DNA from: Candidatus Enterousia sp.
GTDB taxonomy: Bacteria > Pseudomonadota > Alphaproteobacteria > Rs-D84
Reading direction: 5' to 3'
NCBI GenBank assembly: GCA_045592905.1
Contig: JAZNVR010000020.1
Location: 3,471-67,470 of the forward strand
Length of the DNA stretch: 64,000 bases
In this document: one piece after another, positions 10,970 to 20,989 of the stretch
Numbering within the stretch: the stretch's first letter is position 1
Layout of the letters: each line of letters starts with the position of its first letter
The notes under the pieces: generated by a model
Seen by the model: the letters and a program-made list of their open reading frames with translations, nothing else
What the model was told of the DNA's origin: nothing
Databases searched by the model: none
Position numbers and translations under genes: made by a program

Positions 10970-10973
10970 AGAC

Positions 10974-11534
10974 CTATCTGGTTCGGATATACTTTAAGAA
11001 CAAAGATTTAATTGATGTTTTTTCAGCCGGCAGTACATTTTGTGGATAAAACATTTGTTCCGATTTCCATTCTGGCGACATAAAAAATTTATCTGTGTTT
11101 TTTGGGAAATAGGTATAATGCGTTGGATTGTTTAATACTTGTTTTGCCAAATCTGCATCATAAATTTTTGTCAGATAAAAAACATCTATTATATCATTAT
11201 CCAATGCATAGTTATATACACCTGCACCGCCACAGATAAAAACCATATCAAAGGTGCGGGCGTGATGTATTGCAGATTCAATACTGGATGCATAAAAACA
11301 ACCGTTTATTGCAAATTCGTCTGTATATTTAGAACTGCATATAATATTTAATCTGCCCTGTAATGGGCGATTGCCCATACCATCAAAAGTATTTTTACCA
11401 AATATACATGGATAACCCATTGTCATATGACGAAAATGATAGAAGTCTTGTGCCGAATACCATGGCATACGATTATCACATCCGATAACATCGTTTGGGC
11501 CAACTGCTGCAATACCACAAATCACTGGCTTCAT
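10974..11534 (-). CDS. folA: Dihydrofolate reductase
   Basis: IAAVGPNDVIG.DNRMPW...DFYHFR.MTMG, RPLQGRLNII, FICGGAGVY. Confidence 0.9.
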   Translation of the reverse strand: MKPVICGIAAVGPNDVIGCDNRMPWYSAQDFYHFRHMTMGYPCIFGKNTFDGMGNRPLQGRLNIICSSKYTDEFAINGCFYASSIESAIHHARTFDMVFICGGAGVYNYALDNDIIDVFYLTKIYDADLAKQVLNNPTHYTYFPKNTDKFFMSPEWKSEQMFYPQNVLPAEKTSIKSLFLKYIRTR

Positions 11535-11536
11535 GT

Positions 11537-12121
11537 TTACCTGGCATGTTTTGGATTATATATACCATTTGCAATTAATGCACGACGCAGACAATTATAG
11601 TGCGACACCCTGCCCCGCAAATGATGATTATATAGTGTATTATTATTACTTATCATTGTAACAGGCACACCTTTGTCCAAACAACCCGCAACAACCAATG
11701 GGCCATCGTCAAAGTGCATATCTGTTTTTAATTCTTTTAAGATATCTGATTTTAGACCATGTTTATCAATAACCTGATTATAAGTACAGTTTATACCTGC
11801 ACCACGCAATTGATTAAACGTTTTATTTGGCTGCTTATACATGCGTTCTGTAACAAACAACACATCATAGTCTGGGTTTGCAATCAAATTATTTAAGACA
11901 TACGGAATATTTTTATCCAGTACTGGCATTGTATACAATAAATCATCACCGAATAATTCTAATAAATTATTCACCACATCAGGATTATCATACGCTTCGT
12001 TTAGGTTCCAACTGGTGGGTTTAGAATACGGCACGCCTGCACGTTGAAACGCCAACTGATACAGCGGTTTCATATTAAATATTACATTATCTAAATCAAA
12101 AGTTATCTTCTTTTTGTCCAT
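11537..12121 (-). CDS. HAD-superfamily 5'(3')-nucleotidase-like protein
   Basis: FDLDNV motif I, FVTER motif II, K...HFDD motif IV. Confidence 0.75.
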   Translation of the reverse strand: MDKKKITFDLDNVIFNMKPLYQLAFQRAGVPYSKPTSWNLNEAYDNPDVVNNLLELFGDDLLYTMPVLDKNIPYVLNNLIANPDYDVLFVTERMYKQPNKTFNQLRGAGINCTYNQVIDKHGLKSDILKELKTDMHFDDGPLVVAGCLDKGVPVTMISNNNTLYNHHLRGRVSHYNCLRRALIANGIYNPKHAR

Positions 12122-12240
12122 ATATATCCCTTGTCCTTTATCTTAATTGGGGCGATTATAACAATAAAAATTCAATTGCCAATATATTTATTGAAAAAAA
12201 TTTTATGATTTAGGATAATATTCTGACACAAGGAAAAAAC

Positions 12241-13167
12241 ATGCTGTTAAATATAATTTTATTAATTCTGGGCTTTATTTTATTAATCAAGGGTGCAGAT
12301 TATTTTGTTGATGGTGCATCCGCACTGGCAGAACGATTACATATACCTGCAATTATCATTGGTCTGACGGTGGTTGCCATGGGAACCAGTGCACCAGAAG
12401 CCGCAGTCAGCATATCATCTGCAATGGCAGGTTCAAATGCAATTGCAATTGGGAATGTAATCGGTTCTAATATTGCAAATATATTTCTTATACTGGGGAT
12501 TACCGCATTAATTACCACATTGACTGTACAGAAAAATACCGTTCATTATGAAATGCCATTTATGATATTTATTACTGTATTGTTATGCTGGTTTGGTTGG
12601 CAACATGGCATAATATCCAGATTTAATGCCGGTGTATTATTGGCACTGTTTATGATGTTTTTAGCGTATTTATTCATTGTATCACGTGGCAATACGGACA
12701 CGAACACACAAACAAAAACAATCGGCATAATAAAAATCACATGCTTTATACTGTTTGGTTTGATTGCATTAATATTTGGCAGCAAGATTACAGTACTGTC
12801 TGCTATTGATATCGCACAATATATTGGCATATCAGAACGTGTAATCGGACTGACAATTATCGCATTGGGCACCAGTTTACCAGAATTAGTAACCAGTATC
12901 ATTGCTGCAACCAAGGGTGAATCAGATATTGCGATTGGAAATATTGTTGGTTCTAATATATTTAACATACTGTTTGTTTTGGGGATTACTGGACTGATAT
13001 TACCCATACCATTTAACCATGCATTTTTATTTGATGGTATATTTGCAATACTGGCGGCCGTATTATTGGTATTATTCACATCAAAGAATAAAAAACTGGG
13101 GAAAATTGCAGGTATTTCATTTATCGTATTATACATCGTGTATATAACACGCCTGATTGTACACTAG
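12241..13167 (+). CDS. Ca2+/Na+ antiporter (YrbG/CaCA family)
   Basis: Two alpha repeats GTSAPE...GNVIGSNIAN and GTSLPE...GNIVGSNIFN. Confidence 0.93.
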   Translation: MLLNIILLILGFILLIKGADYFVDGASALAERLHIPAIIIGLTVVAMGTSAPEAAVSISSAMAGSNAIAIGNVIGSNIANIFLILGITALITTLTVQKNTVHYEMPFMIFITVLLCWFGWQHGIISRFNAGVLLALFMMFLAYLFIVSRGNTDTNTQTKTIGIIKITCFILFGLIALIFGSKITVLSAIDIAQYIGISERVIGLTIIALGTSLPELVTSIIAATKGESDIAIGNIVGSNIFNILFVLGITGLILPIPFNHAFLFDGIFAILAAVLLVLFTSKNKKLGKIAGISFIVLYIVYITRLIVH

Positions 13168-13245
13168 GTAAAAAATCACTTGTATTTACATATATAATTG
13201 TCTAGCATGACTAAATCATAAGAACAAGAAATATTAACAAGGGAG

Positions 13246-14421
13246 ATGAACATGAAAAAAATCTTTTTATTAACAAGTGTTTGTGCATTGGCAGCATGTG
13301 GTGGCGGATCTTCTACACCAATCAGCGGTGGTGCAACTGCAGGAACACCAACAGACGGTCGCCCACAAACAAGTGAACATTATATTTCCGCAGACGTTCG
13401 TGGAAGCAACCAGATAGTTACATCTGCAGCATCACAAATCTTTGTTGCCAAAGATGGCAGTTCACCAATTATTATACGTTCATCAACACCTGTTGAAATC
13501 AACGGTAAACAATACGACGAATATAATTTGGAAGATATAAAATTCTATCCCACAGGTGTTCAACCCGAAGATAATATGTATATCCAATTCGCATTGGATG
13601 ATTCTGGCAGAATTGATGAATTACACCTGGTTGAAGGCGACAATCAGTTGACTGTTGGTCGCAGTGGCGAAACATCCACTTTTGCACAACATGTGTTTAA
13701 GTATGTAATTTCTGATTGGCATTCTGATTACTTCTTGACCGAAATCACCGATCCTGCTGAATTACGTAAAGCACTGGAAAAACAATTGGAAGGCAAAGGA
13801 TTCAAAGATGAAATATTGGCCAAATTTGACAATAACGAAGGTAGATGGGAACCACAAAACCATACCGAAGAAATTGAAATGCATGGCAAATACGTTGGCG
13901 AAGGAAAAAATGAAGGCCTGCGTTATTCTGACTTTGGATATGACATTATGACCGAAGAAGGTAATGATAAAGATTACACTGTTATCGCAGGGGGCTATGA
14001 TGTTATGGCAATTCCACACAAAGACATTGTAAACAAAAATGTAACATTCCGTGGCAAGGCAATCGGAACCGGCAGTTACGAAGACCCAACCGATGGTTGG
14101 CAACAAATACACTTTACAACAGGTAACAACGATGCAACGTTACAACTGGATGGCGAAAAAGAAGTATTAACAATGCCATTTGCCGATTACTATACAGTGG
14201 TTGTTGAAAAAGAAGGTAATGATGCAACAATTACATTTAACGACTGGAAAGGCACAAATGATAAATTAAAGTTTGAAGAAACAACGGGCACGGCCGATGT
14301 TTTGTTCCAATACTTTGGTCAAAACGGCACACCATCCGAAGCAGTTGGTACAGTTACGTATGAAGAAGATTCAGCATACGAACCATCATTTGATGCTGGA
14401 TTTGGTGTAAAATTACAATAA
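13246..14421 (+). CDS. Surface lipoprotein with TbpB/fHbp-like C-terminal beta-barrel (probable Slam substrate)
   Basis: Lipobox LAAC followed by GGG and a flexible linker; LRYSDFG, VTFRGKAIG; ends FDAGFGVKLQ. Confidence 0.65.
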   Translation: MNMKKIFLLTSVCALAACGGGSSTPISGGATAGTPTDGRPQTSEHYISADVRGSNQIVTSAASQIFVAKDGSSPIIIRSSTPVEINGKQYDEYNLEDIKFYPTGVQPEDNMYIQFALDDSGRIDELHLVEGDNQLTVGRSGETSTFAQHVFKYVISDWHSDYFLTEITDPAELRKALEKQLEGKGFKDEILAKFDNNEGRWEPQNHTEEIEMHGKYVGEGKNEGLRYSDFGYDIMTEEGNDKDYTVIAGGYDVMAIPHKDIVNKNVTFRGKAIGTGSYEDPTDGWQQIHFTTGNNDATLQLDGEKEVLTMPFADYYTVVVEKEGNDATITFNDWKGTNDKLKFEETTGTADVLFQYFGQNGTPSEAVGTVTYEEDSAYEPSFDAGFGVKLQ

Positions 14422-14434
14422 TTGTGAAACAAGA

Positions 14435-14462
14435 AAAACACCCATTGTGGGTGTTTTTTTTA
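14435..14462 (+). terminator. Intrinsic terminator
   Basis: aaaaacaccc-cattgt-gggtgtttttttt. Confidence 0.75.
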
Positions 14463-14532
14463 TCTTGCATAGATACCCAAAAAAACATATAATATAGATA
14501 ATTATTGTATTAGGAGAAAGGGTGCCCCTGAG

Positions 14533-16104
14533 ATGTTTTACGAAAAACAATTTGGTTTTATGTGCGTTTTAACGTCATTCTGTGCGTTATATTCTGGTGA
14601 TGCCGATGCTATCTGTAACAGATATAATCCTGTGGGTGCGGGTAAGTATTGTCAGCATACTGTGGAATATACATGTCCAGAAAACTGTTATTGCACCGGT
14701 GTTAAAAAGGGTGAAAAATGCAGTATTACATGGGCAACTGGTGTTTCTAAGGCATGTAAAAACAGGGATCCTGATATTACGTCTGAATTATCTAATTCCC
14801 GATATGGTGTTTTTTTGTGTCCCGAAGGGATGACATCAAACAAGGGTGCATCAAAACAATCAGACTGTTTCAAAAAAGAAACAACAACAGCGTCCGATAC
14901 CGCAACCAGTGGAAAAACATGCAACAGTAACAGCAAACCTGCACCAAAGGGGTCATATTGTGGGGCGTTGTTAACAAAAAAATGTAAACCGGGATGCTAT
15001 TGCACAGGTGGTGGTAACTTTACATGGGCGGCTGGCGATGTTGAAAAGGGATGTCGGGACAGATGGTCCAAGGTTACATCAGAATTAAATAGTAAGGGTG
15101 TTTATTTATGCCCAGATGGATACACATCCGTAGAAGGTGCCGGTAGCCAGGAAGACTGTTTCTTGAAGGGGCATTCTGATATAAAATATAAAAAAGTGTC
15201 CTGTAATGCGGGACAATATTTACCTGCGAATGCCAGCAAATGCCAAAGTTGTAAATCAAACAATTCATATCTGTCATATTGCCCAGGTGGCAGTTGGTAT
15301 CCAAAATCATCTGCCCAAGGGTTAAAATCATGCCCAACTGGTCAAAAAATGAATGCAGATGGCACAGGTTGCACCACAAGCGACACAGGTGGCAGCACCG
15401 GTGGTAATACAGGTGGTGGCAGCACTGGCGGTTCATTACAATGTTCTGCGGGAAAATATTACAGTGCTGGTGCAAAAAAATGCGAACCATGCCCAATCAG
15501 GGAAAATGGTGAAAAATTCTTCTATTGCCCTGGGGTGTCATATACAAGTGGACAAACAGACGATACTGGTGCATACGAATGTCGCGAAGGTATCCCATCA
15601 TTAGATCAAACAAAATGCGAGAAGGTTACTGTAAATTGTTTGCCTGGGTATATGCTGAAACCACTTGCACGTGCATGCACAGCGTGTGATCCATCATGGG
15701 TTTGTCCTGGGGGTGATATAACATCATCATATCAAGCAGAAGGGTATGAATTATGCCCAGATGGCAAAATTCCAAACGATGGACATACAGCGTGCGTTGA
15801 TGCACCACCAGATTCTGTAACATGCAAGAATGGCGAATATTTGCCAGCACAGCAAACAACATGTGTACCATGCCCAGAATCAGATGCCACATCGGCAACT
15901 GTCTATACATGTCCAGGCCAAACCTGTCAAATTAGTAACGAAGATTGTGGACTAACAGAGACTCCACGTAGAATACTTAAGAAAGATCAACTGTTGTCTG
16001 GGGAAAAATCAACCAGCAACGCTCTACAAGATCAATGTTGGATACATACAAACCCAATAGAATATATTAATTGTGTATTAGGGGTCGCAGAAGAAGATCA
16101 ATAA
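14533..16104 (+). CDS. Secreted Cys-rich repeat protein
   Basis: Signal-like N-terminus; repeated CxxGxYxPAxxxxCxxC...YCPGG and CYCTG...GVxLCP..TSxxGA..DCF units. Confidence 0.75.
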   Translation: MFYEKQFGFMCVLTSFCALYSGDADAICNRYNPVGAGKYCQHTVEYTCPENCYCTGVKKGEKCSITWATGVSKACKNRDPDITSELSNSRYGVFLCPEGMTSNKGASKQSDCFKKETTTASDTATSGKTCNSNSKPAPKGSYCGALLTKKCKPGCYCTGGGNFTWAAGDVEKGCRDRWSKVTSELNSKGVYLCPDGYTSVEGAGSQEDCFLKGHSDIKYKKVSCNAGQYLPANASKCQSCKSNNSYLSYCPGGSWYPKSSAQGLKSCPTGQKMNADGTGCTTSDTGGSTGGNTGGGSTGGSLQCSAGKYYSAGAKKCEPCPIRENGEKFFYCPGVSYTSGQTDDTGAYECREGIPSLDQTKCEKVTVNCLPGYMLKPLARACTACDPSWVCPGGDITSSYQAEGYELCPDGKIPNDGHTACVDAPPDSVTCKNGEYLPAQQTTCVPCPESDATSATVYTCPGQTCQISNEDCGLTETPRRILKKDQLLSGEKSTSNALQDQCWIHTNPIEYINCVLGVAEEDQ

Positions 16105-16164
16105 TTTGGATTTATTCTTGACCCACATGCACATGGTAAAATATAATATCCATACATAAACTGT

Positions 16165-17151
16165 ATGGATATTTTTATGGCATCAATTCCAAAATTTTTA
16201 TTACCACAGAAAAACCTTGTTCGGTTGTTGCAAACGCATGCAGGATTATACAAATCACCAGATATACAAAAACTGATTAAATCTGTTGACGTTTATACAG
16301 AACCATTACAATTGGTATTCTTGTTGGCCAGTGCCATTTATAAATATGATAAAACAAAATTAACCAAACAATTGGCAGGCGTAATAAACCACGAAGTGTT
16401 TTCCAATGCAATGAATATGGCCGCATTTCAGAAAATATGCCGATTATATAATGCGGAAAATATTCCTGTACTGGCAACCAAGGGACTGGTACATAAATTA
16501 CTGTACCCACACAGCACCCGACCAATGAACGATGCGGACTTTGTCGTACCAAAATCAGTGTACAGACATGCAATCAATTTGGCTGTGCAAAACGGGTTCC
16601 ACATAAATCACGATTTGCGGTTTAGTGCAGACCTGCAATTACGGGACCAAGGATGTATTGATATACACTATGCCTTGTTCAAGGGAACAAACCCACGAAT
16701 GGACGACGTTGTATTTAATCGTGCAAAACATATTAACGTTATGGGATGTAATGTGCTGATTCCACAACCCGAAGATATTATTATTATTGAAATGTGCGAA
16801 TTTTATGGAAATTTCATATTTGAAGGTTTATCACTGGATACAGATATATCCAGAATATTTTCATCACATCCACAATGGGTACTGGATGTATATAAAATAA
16901 TTCGTGAAAACCCAAATCTGAATTGGGGCGAAATTATGCGAACAACACAAATGTCTGGATATGAATATCAAATAAAATTGTTGGCAAAACTGATGAATAA
17001 AATTATACCAAATGCAATTCCACCACACGCAACCAAGGTCATTGATTTTATGTGCCCTGATGATGTCGTACGAAATTATGTTAAGCGTGATGAAAAAATT
17101 GTATTTATGCATAAAAATAACTATAAATTGTACAAGAATAATAAAGTATAA
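16165..17151 (+). CDS. Nucleotidyltransferase (NTP_transf_5 family)
   Basis: IPVLATKG, RPMNDADFVV (DxD), IDIH, IPQPED. Confidence 0.8.
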   Translation: MDIFMASIPKFLLPQKNLVRLLQTHAGLYKSPDIQKLIKSVDVYTEPLQLVFLLASAIYKYDKTKLTKQLAGVINHEVFSNAMNMAAFQKICRLYNAENIPVLATKGLVHKLLYPHSTRPMNDADFVVPKSVYRHAINLAVQNGFHINHDLRFSADLQLRDQGCIDIHYALFKGTNPRMDDVVFNRAKHINVMGCNVLIPQPEDIIIIEMCEFYGNFIFEGLSLDTDISRIFSSHPQWVLDVYKIIRENPNLNWGEIMRTTQMSGYEYQIKLLAKLMNKIIPNAIPPHATKVIDFMCPDDVVRNYVKRDEKIVFMHKNNYKLYKNNKV

Positions 17152-18173
17152 TGAACACATCATATATTAAAAATTTTAATCTGTCTGAATTCATGTCGCT
17201 GTTTGATAAACTGGAATCTGCGGTGCAATCATCACAACATAAATGGTGTGGCACTGTATATGTCGGAACACGTCCACTGTATTTAGAATGTAATGTCCAA
17301 TGGATGACAGATAAAATTGAACAATACTTTGTTAATGTATTACCAAATGTAAAACTGGAAAACACACCAGAATTATACGTAATTAACAAAACATACGATG
17401 TGTTTGCTGTACCAGATACAGAAAAAACATATGTATGTTGTTTGGGCGATAATATTTATAAAAGACCAGACCTTATCATTAATCCGCACTGCGTATTTAT
17501 AAAAAAATCACCTAAATACATTATGGCACTAAATGATGATGAATCTAACTTTTTATATCTGGGTGAAAATCATTTATTGATGAAATTATTTAATTATATA
17601 TTTGATGAACCAAACTTTGCAGTTGTTCATGGTGCTGTGGTTGGACATAACGGTTGTGGCATACTGATTACAGGAATGTCCGGGTACGGAAAATCCACAT
17701 TGTCTGCACATTGTATGGCACGTGGATTGCAATTTGTTGGTGATGATAGAATCGCATTATGCAAAAATTCAGATGGATTATTTGCCAATCCAATTTATAC
17801 AACAATATCATTGGGCGATAATATCCCATCGCAACTGCAAATAACTGATACTGTACGTCCGACAAACAGTACAAAAGATATACTGATTCTGGACAAATCA
17901 CAAATATCTGAAAACATCAAAATTACTGCTGTACTGGAACCACAGAAATCAAACTGTAAAACGCCAGAAATTATAGATACCAAACCTGGACATGTCATAA
18001 CCAGAATGTGTATGGATTTTTCTACATTTAATGTGCTGACACCATCAAAAAATCAAATTGGGGACTGGCACAAGATTTTTGACTTGATGACGGGAATCAG
18101 TTTCTATAACATAAAATTATCTGAATCCATTTCTGATAATGTCAGTGCAATTATAAATTTTATAAAACCATAG
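17151..18173 (+). CDS. HPr-kinase-related P-loop kinase
   Basis: VHGAVV...GILITGMSGYGKSTL...FVGDDRI. Confidence 0.8.
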   Translation: MNTSYIKNFNLSEFMSLFDKLESAVQSSQHKWCGTVYVGTRPLYLECNVQWMTDKIEQYFVNVLPNVKLENTPELYVINKTYDVFAVPDTEKTYVCCLGDNIYKRPDLIINPHCVFIKKSPKYIMALNDDESNFLYLGENHLLMKLFNYIFDEPNFAVVHGAVVGHNGCGILITGMSGYGKSTLSAHCMARGLQFVGDDRIALCKNSDGLFANPIYTTISLGDNIPSQLQITDTVRPTNSTKDILILDKSQISENIKITAVLEPQKSNCKTPEIIDTKPGHVITRMCMDFSTFNVLTPSKNQIGDWHKIFDLMTGISFYNIKLSESISDNVSAIINFIKP

Positions 18174-18181
18174 GGGGTAAT

Positions 18182-18604
18182 ATGTTCAAACGCAATGATA
18201 ATTTCTTTTCAGATATAACAGATTCACAGACAATATTTATTGATATGGAATCCGGTGTTTTTTATGTATTACCATTGTTTGCCAACCTGGTTTTCAAGAT
18301 GTTATTAAACGGCAAGACACTTGATGAAATCACAAAAATATTTTCAACCATACCAGAAATTCCATCTGATTGGGCACAGCGTATTAATGATGTTTATGAT
18401 AACTTGATTAAGTATCAACTAATATTGCCATGCGAAACACCAGACGTGTTACCAAATGCAGAACTGACCGATTTTGTTTTACAGGAATTACAAGAAACAG
18501 ATTTCGCATATAAAATTGAACCGTCAACAGATGTGCAACAACTGCTGCTGGATGACCCAATTCATGATGTATCGCTGGATGGATGGACACCTTTTGCAAA
18601 ATGA
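18182..18604 (+). CDS. PqqD-family RiPP recognition element with a C-terminal LLLDDPIHDV..GW extension
   Basis: TIFIDMESGVFYVL..FANLVF beta3-alpha pattern; tail TDVQQLLLDDPIHDVSLDGWTP. Confidence 0.75.
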   Translation: MFKRNDNFFSDITDSQTIFIDMESGVFYVLPLFANLVFKMLLNGKTLDEITKIFSTIPEIPSDWAQRINDVYDNLIKYQLILPCETPDVLPNAELTDFVLQELQETDFAYKIEPSTDVQQLLLDDPIHDVSLDGWTPFAK

Positions 18605-19227
18605 TTTCTGTAATAATACCTGTATATAACGGTGATAAATATCTGGACGAATGTTTAGCCAGCGTTGGAAAAAATGCGGAAATCATCGTCATAAATGATG
18701 GCAGTACAGATAACACTGTAAACATCGCATCCAAATATACAAATAATTTAATTACAGTTGACAGAATTGGGCCTGTGCGTGCCAGAAACATTGGGATACA
18801 AGCATCAAAAAACGAATATATCATGTTTTTAGACTCAGATGATATCCTGAAAGAAAATGCGTTTGATATCTTGGGCAGCAATATACAAGATTATGATGCT
18901 GTTATTGGTTTGCGACAAGATTTTATATCGCCAGATTGTAAAAACAATCACGTTAATATAAATGTGTCTGGACACACCGCAATCGCAGGCTGTGCATTAA
19001 TAAGAAAAGATACATTCAATACTGTCGGTATGTTTGATGAAAACTTGATGTGCGGTGATGCATACGATTGGATACTGCGTGCAGAAAAAATTGGCTTAAA
19101 AATAAAAAAGATTAATGATGTCTTATGCATGCGAAGAATTCATGACAATAATATGGGGCGTACACTAAAAAATCAAGAATATGCAGATTACTGCAAAATA
19201 ATAAAAAAGCACTTTATAAAAAAATGA
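18601..19227 (+). CDS. Glycosyltransferase family 2
   Basis: MISVIIPVYN, INDGSTD, ARNIG, FLDSDD; ATGA-coupled to the PqqD gene. Confidence 0.92.
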   Translation: MISVIIPVYNGDKYLDECLASVGKNAEIIVINDGSTDNTVNIASKYTNNLITVDRIGPVRARNIGIQASKNEYIMFLDSDDILKENAFDILGSNIQDYDAVIGLRQDFISPDCKNNHVNINVSGHTAIAGCALIRKDTFNTVGMFDENLMCGDAYDWILRAEKIGLKIKKINDVLCMRRIHDNNMGRTLKNQEYADYCKIIKKHFIKK

Positions 19228-20195
19228 TGAATACTATACATATTTGTATCGCAGCAGATCGCAATTATAAATTGCCATTGGTTTGTTTGGTAAATTCTAT
19301 TTATAAAAATAGTTCTGTCCAACCATGCGTTATTCATGTTTTATATAATGACTTGTCTGAAAAATATCGGAATAAATTGGTACGGAAATATATCAATACA
19401 AACATATCATTTGACTTTATTGATATGTCTGAAATTAATTTTGATTTCCATGGTCTGGATATGCAATACTGGACCAAAACAATATTTTACAGAATAATGA
19501 TTCCAGAAATATTCCAAAGTCTGGACAGAATATTATATATTGATGGTGATACACTGGTATTGGGAAATCTGTCTGAAATGTTTAATACAAAATTCCCAGA
19601 CAATACTGATGTGGCAATGGTTGTAGATAAATATTCGTGGAAAACACATATATTCAAACTGGACATAAAAAACTATTTCAATTCAGGTATGATTCTGTTT
19701 GACCTAAATAAATGTCGTGAAAATAAATTTGCGGATAAATGCGTACGTTGGTTGCATGATAACCCAGATAAAGCAATGTTCCCAGATCAAGATGCAATAA
19801 ACACAATCTGTGATGGTAAAATATTACGACTGAATAACATGTATAATAAACAATTTGCACCAAATGATAAAATTATACTGGAAAAAAATCCTGTAATTAT
19901 TCACTTTTTATCTGCTGTTAAACCATGGATGCGAAACGCACCAATTACATACAGCAAAATATACAGACAATATATCCCATCAAAAATTCAACAAATGCGT
20001 GTACTGGGATTGCAAATAATTTGGCACAGTAAATATTTTGTATTCCATAAAAAATATTCAATGAAATTGCAACAGACAAAAATTCTTGAACAAATCAAGT
20101 TTTATCTGTTTAATATATGTATCAAAACAAAGACATTGAAAAAACAAAATATGGATTTGATTGATATCCTGAAAAATAATAAAAGTAAAAAATAA
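19224..20195 (+). CDS. Glycosyltransferase family 8
   Basis: RILYIDGD, YFNSGMILFD, FPDQDAIN, IIHF...KPW. Confidence 0.92.
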   Translation: MMNTIHICIAADRNYKLPLVCLVNSIYKNSSVQPCVIHVLYNDLSEKYRNKLVRKYINTNISFDFIDMSEINFDFHGLDMQYWTKTIFYRIMIPEIFQSLDRILYIDGDTLVLGNLSEMFNTKFPDNTDVAMVVDKYSWKTHIFKLDIKNYFNSGMILFDLNKCRENKFADKCVRWLHDNPDKAMFPDQDAINTICDGKILRLNNMYNKQFAPNDKIILEKNPVIIHFLSAVKPWMRNAPITYSKIYRQYIPSKIQQMRVLGLQIIWHSKYFVFHKKYSMKLQQTKILEQIKFYLFNICIKTKTLKKQNMDLIDILKNNKSKK

Positions 20196-20906
20196 ATGTA
20201 TATTAATCCTGAACTGATAACAGATGTGGTTATAAAAACACTGGAAAAACCAGTGGATTGGATACAATTTCAACGTTTCTTGAATAAATCACCATATGTA
20301 CGCAGAATTGCTTTTATCGGAACAGGTATTTTTCAACTGCCACAATTTGTACAAATGATACAGTTATGTCGTGATAAAGATATTGTACTAATATTCGGGG
20401 AATGTCGGGATACAACACCAGAAAACATTGATGCACTGGTTGAATACGGAAATGTTATATGTGTGAATATTTATGAAACATGTCAGCATGTTAACAGATT
20501 ATTAAAATTGAAAGAAAAGTATAATACTGCCCTGCCCGACGTTAATTTAATTTTTGATCAAACAAATCCAACCCCCCAAGATACAAATTTATCACAACCA
20601 TATGATTTTTATAATATGGGTCATGATACACATAATATTCCATGTCTAAAAATGCTGACAGAACCAATGATAAATTACAATGGTGATTTTTTAGGCTGTT
20701 GGGAAAATACTGATTCCAAACATCCTGTGAACGCATTTGATTTAGGGCTAGAAAACGCATTAAACCATCCTGTATACAAGAATAGATTGAAAATGTTACG
20801 TACCGGAAAAATAAACATGTCTTGCCCATGTGCAAGGTGCATGGTGTTTTTTGGTTTGGTATGGTCAAACAAAACTGTTGATGTGTATAAAAAGACAATT
20901 GAATAA
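20196..20906 (+). CDS. SPASM/Twitch-domain protein lacking the radical-SAM CxxxCxxC motif
   Basis: C-terminal PC......INYNGDFLGC...NAF...CPCARC. Confidence 0.65.
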   Translation: MYINPELITDVVIKTLEKPVDWIQFQRFLNKSPYVRRIAFIGTGIFQLPQFVQMIQLCRDKDIVLIFGECRDTTPENIDALVEYGNVICVNIYETCQHVNRLLKLKEKYNTALPDVNLIFDQTNPTPQDTNLSQPYDFYNMGHDTHNIPCLKMLTEPMINYNGDFLGCWENTDSKHPVNAFDLGLENALNHPVYKNRLKMLRTGKINMSCPCARCMVFFGLVWSNKTVDVYKKTIE

Positions 20907-20989
20907 TCTGTAATATTTTGTCTTGCAAAAAAATTCTATAATTAATAAAATGTACAGTAATATATGTAGAAAGGGCGGAAATCTAAGGT

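Noticed and set aside
16165-18604. Lasso peptide cluster
   Set aside because: No asparagine-synthetase-like cyclase, transglutaminase-like protease or separate precursor ORF found
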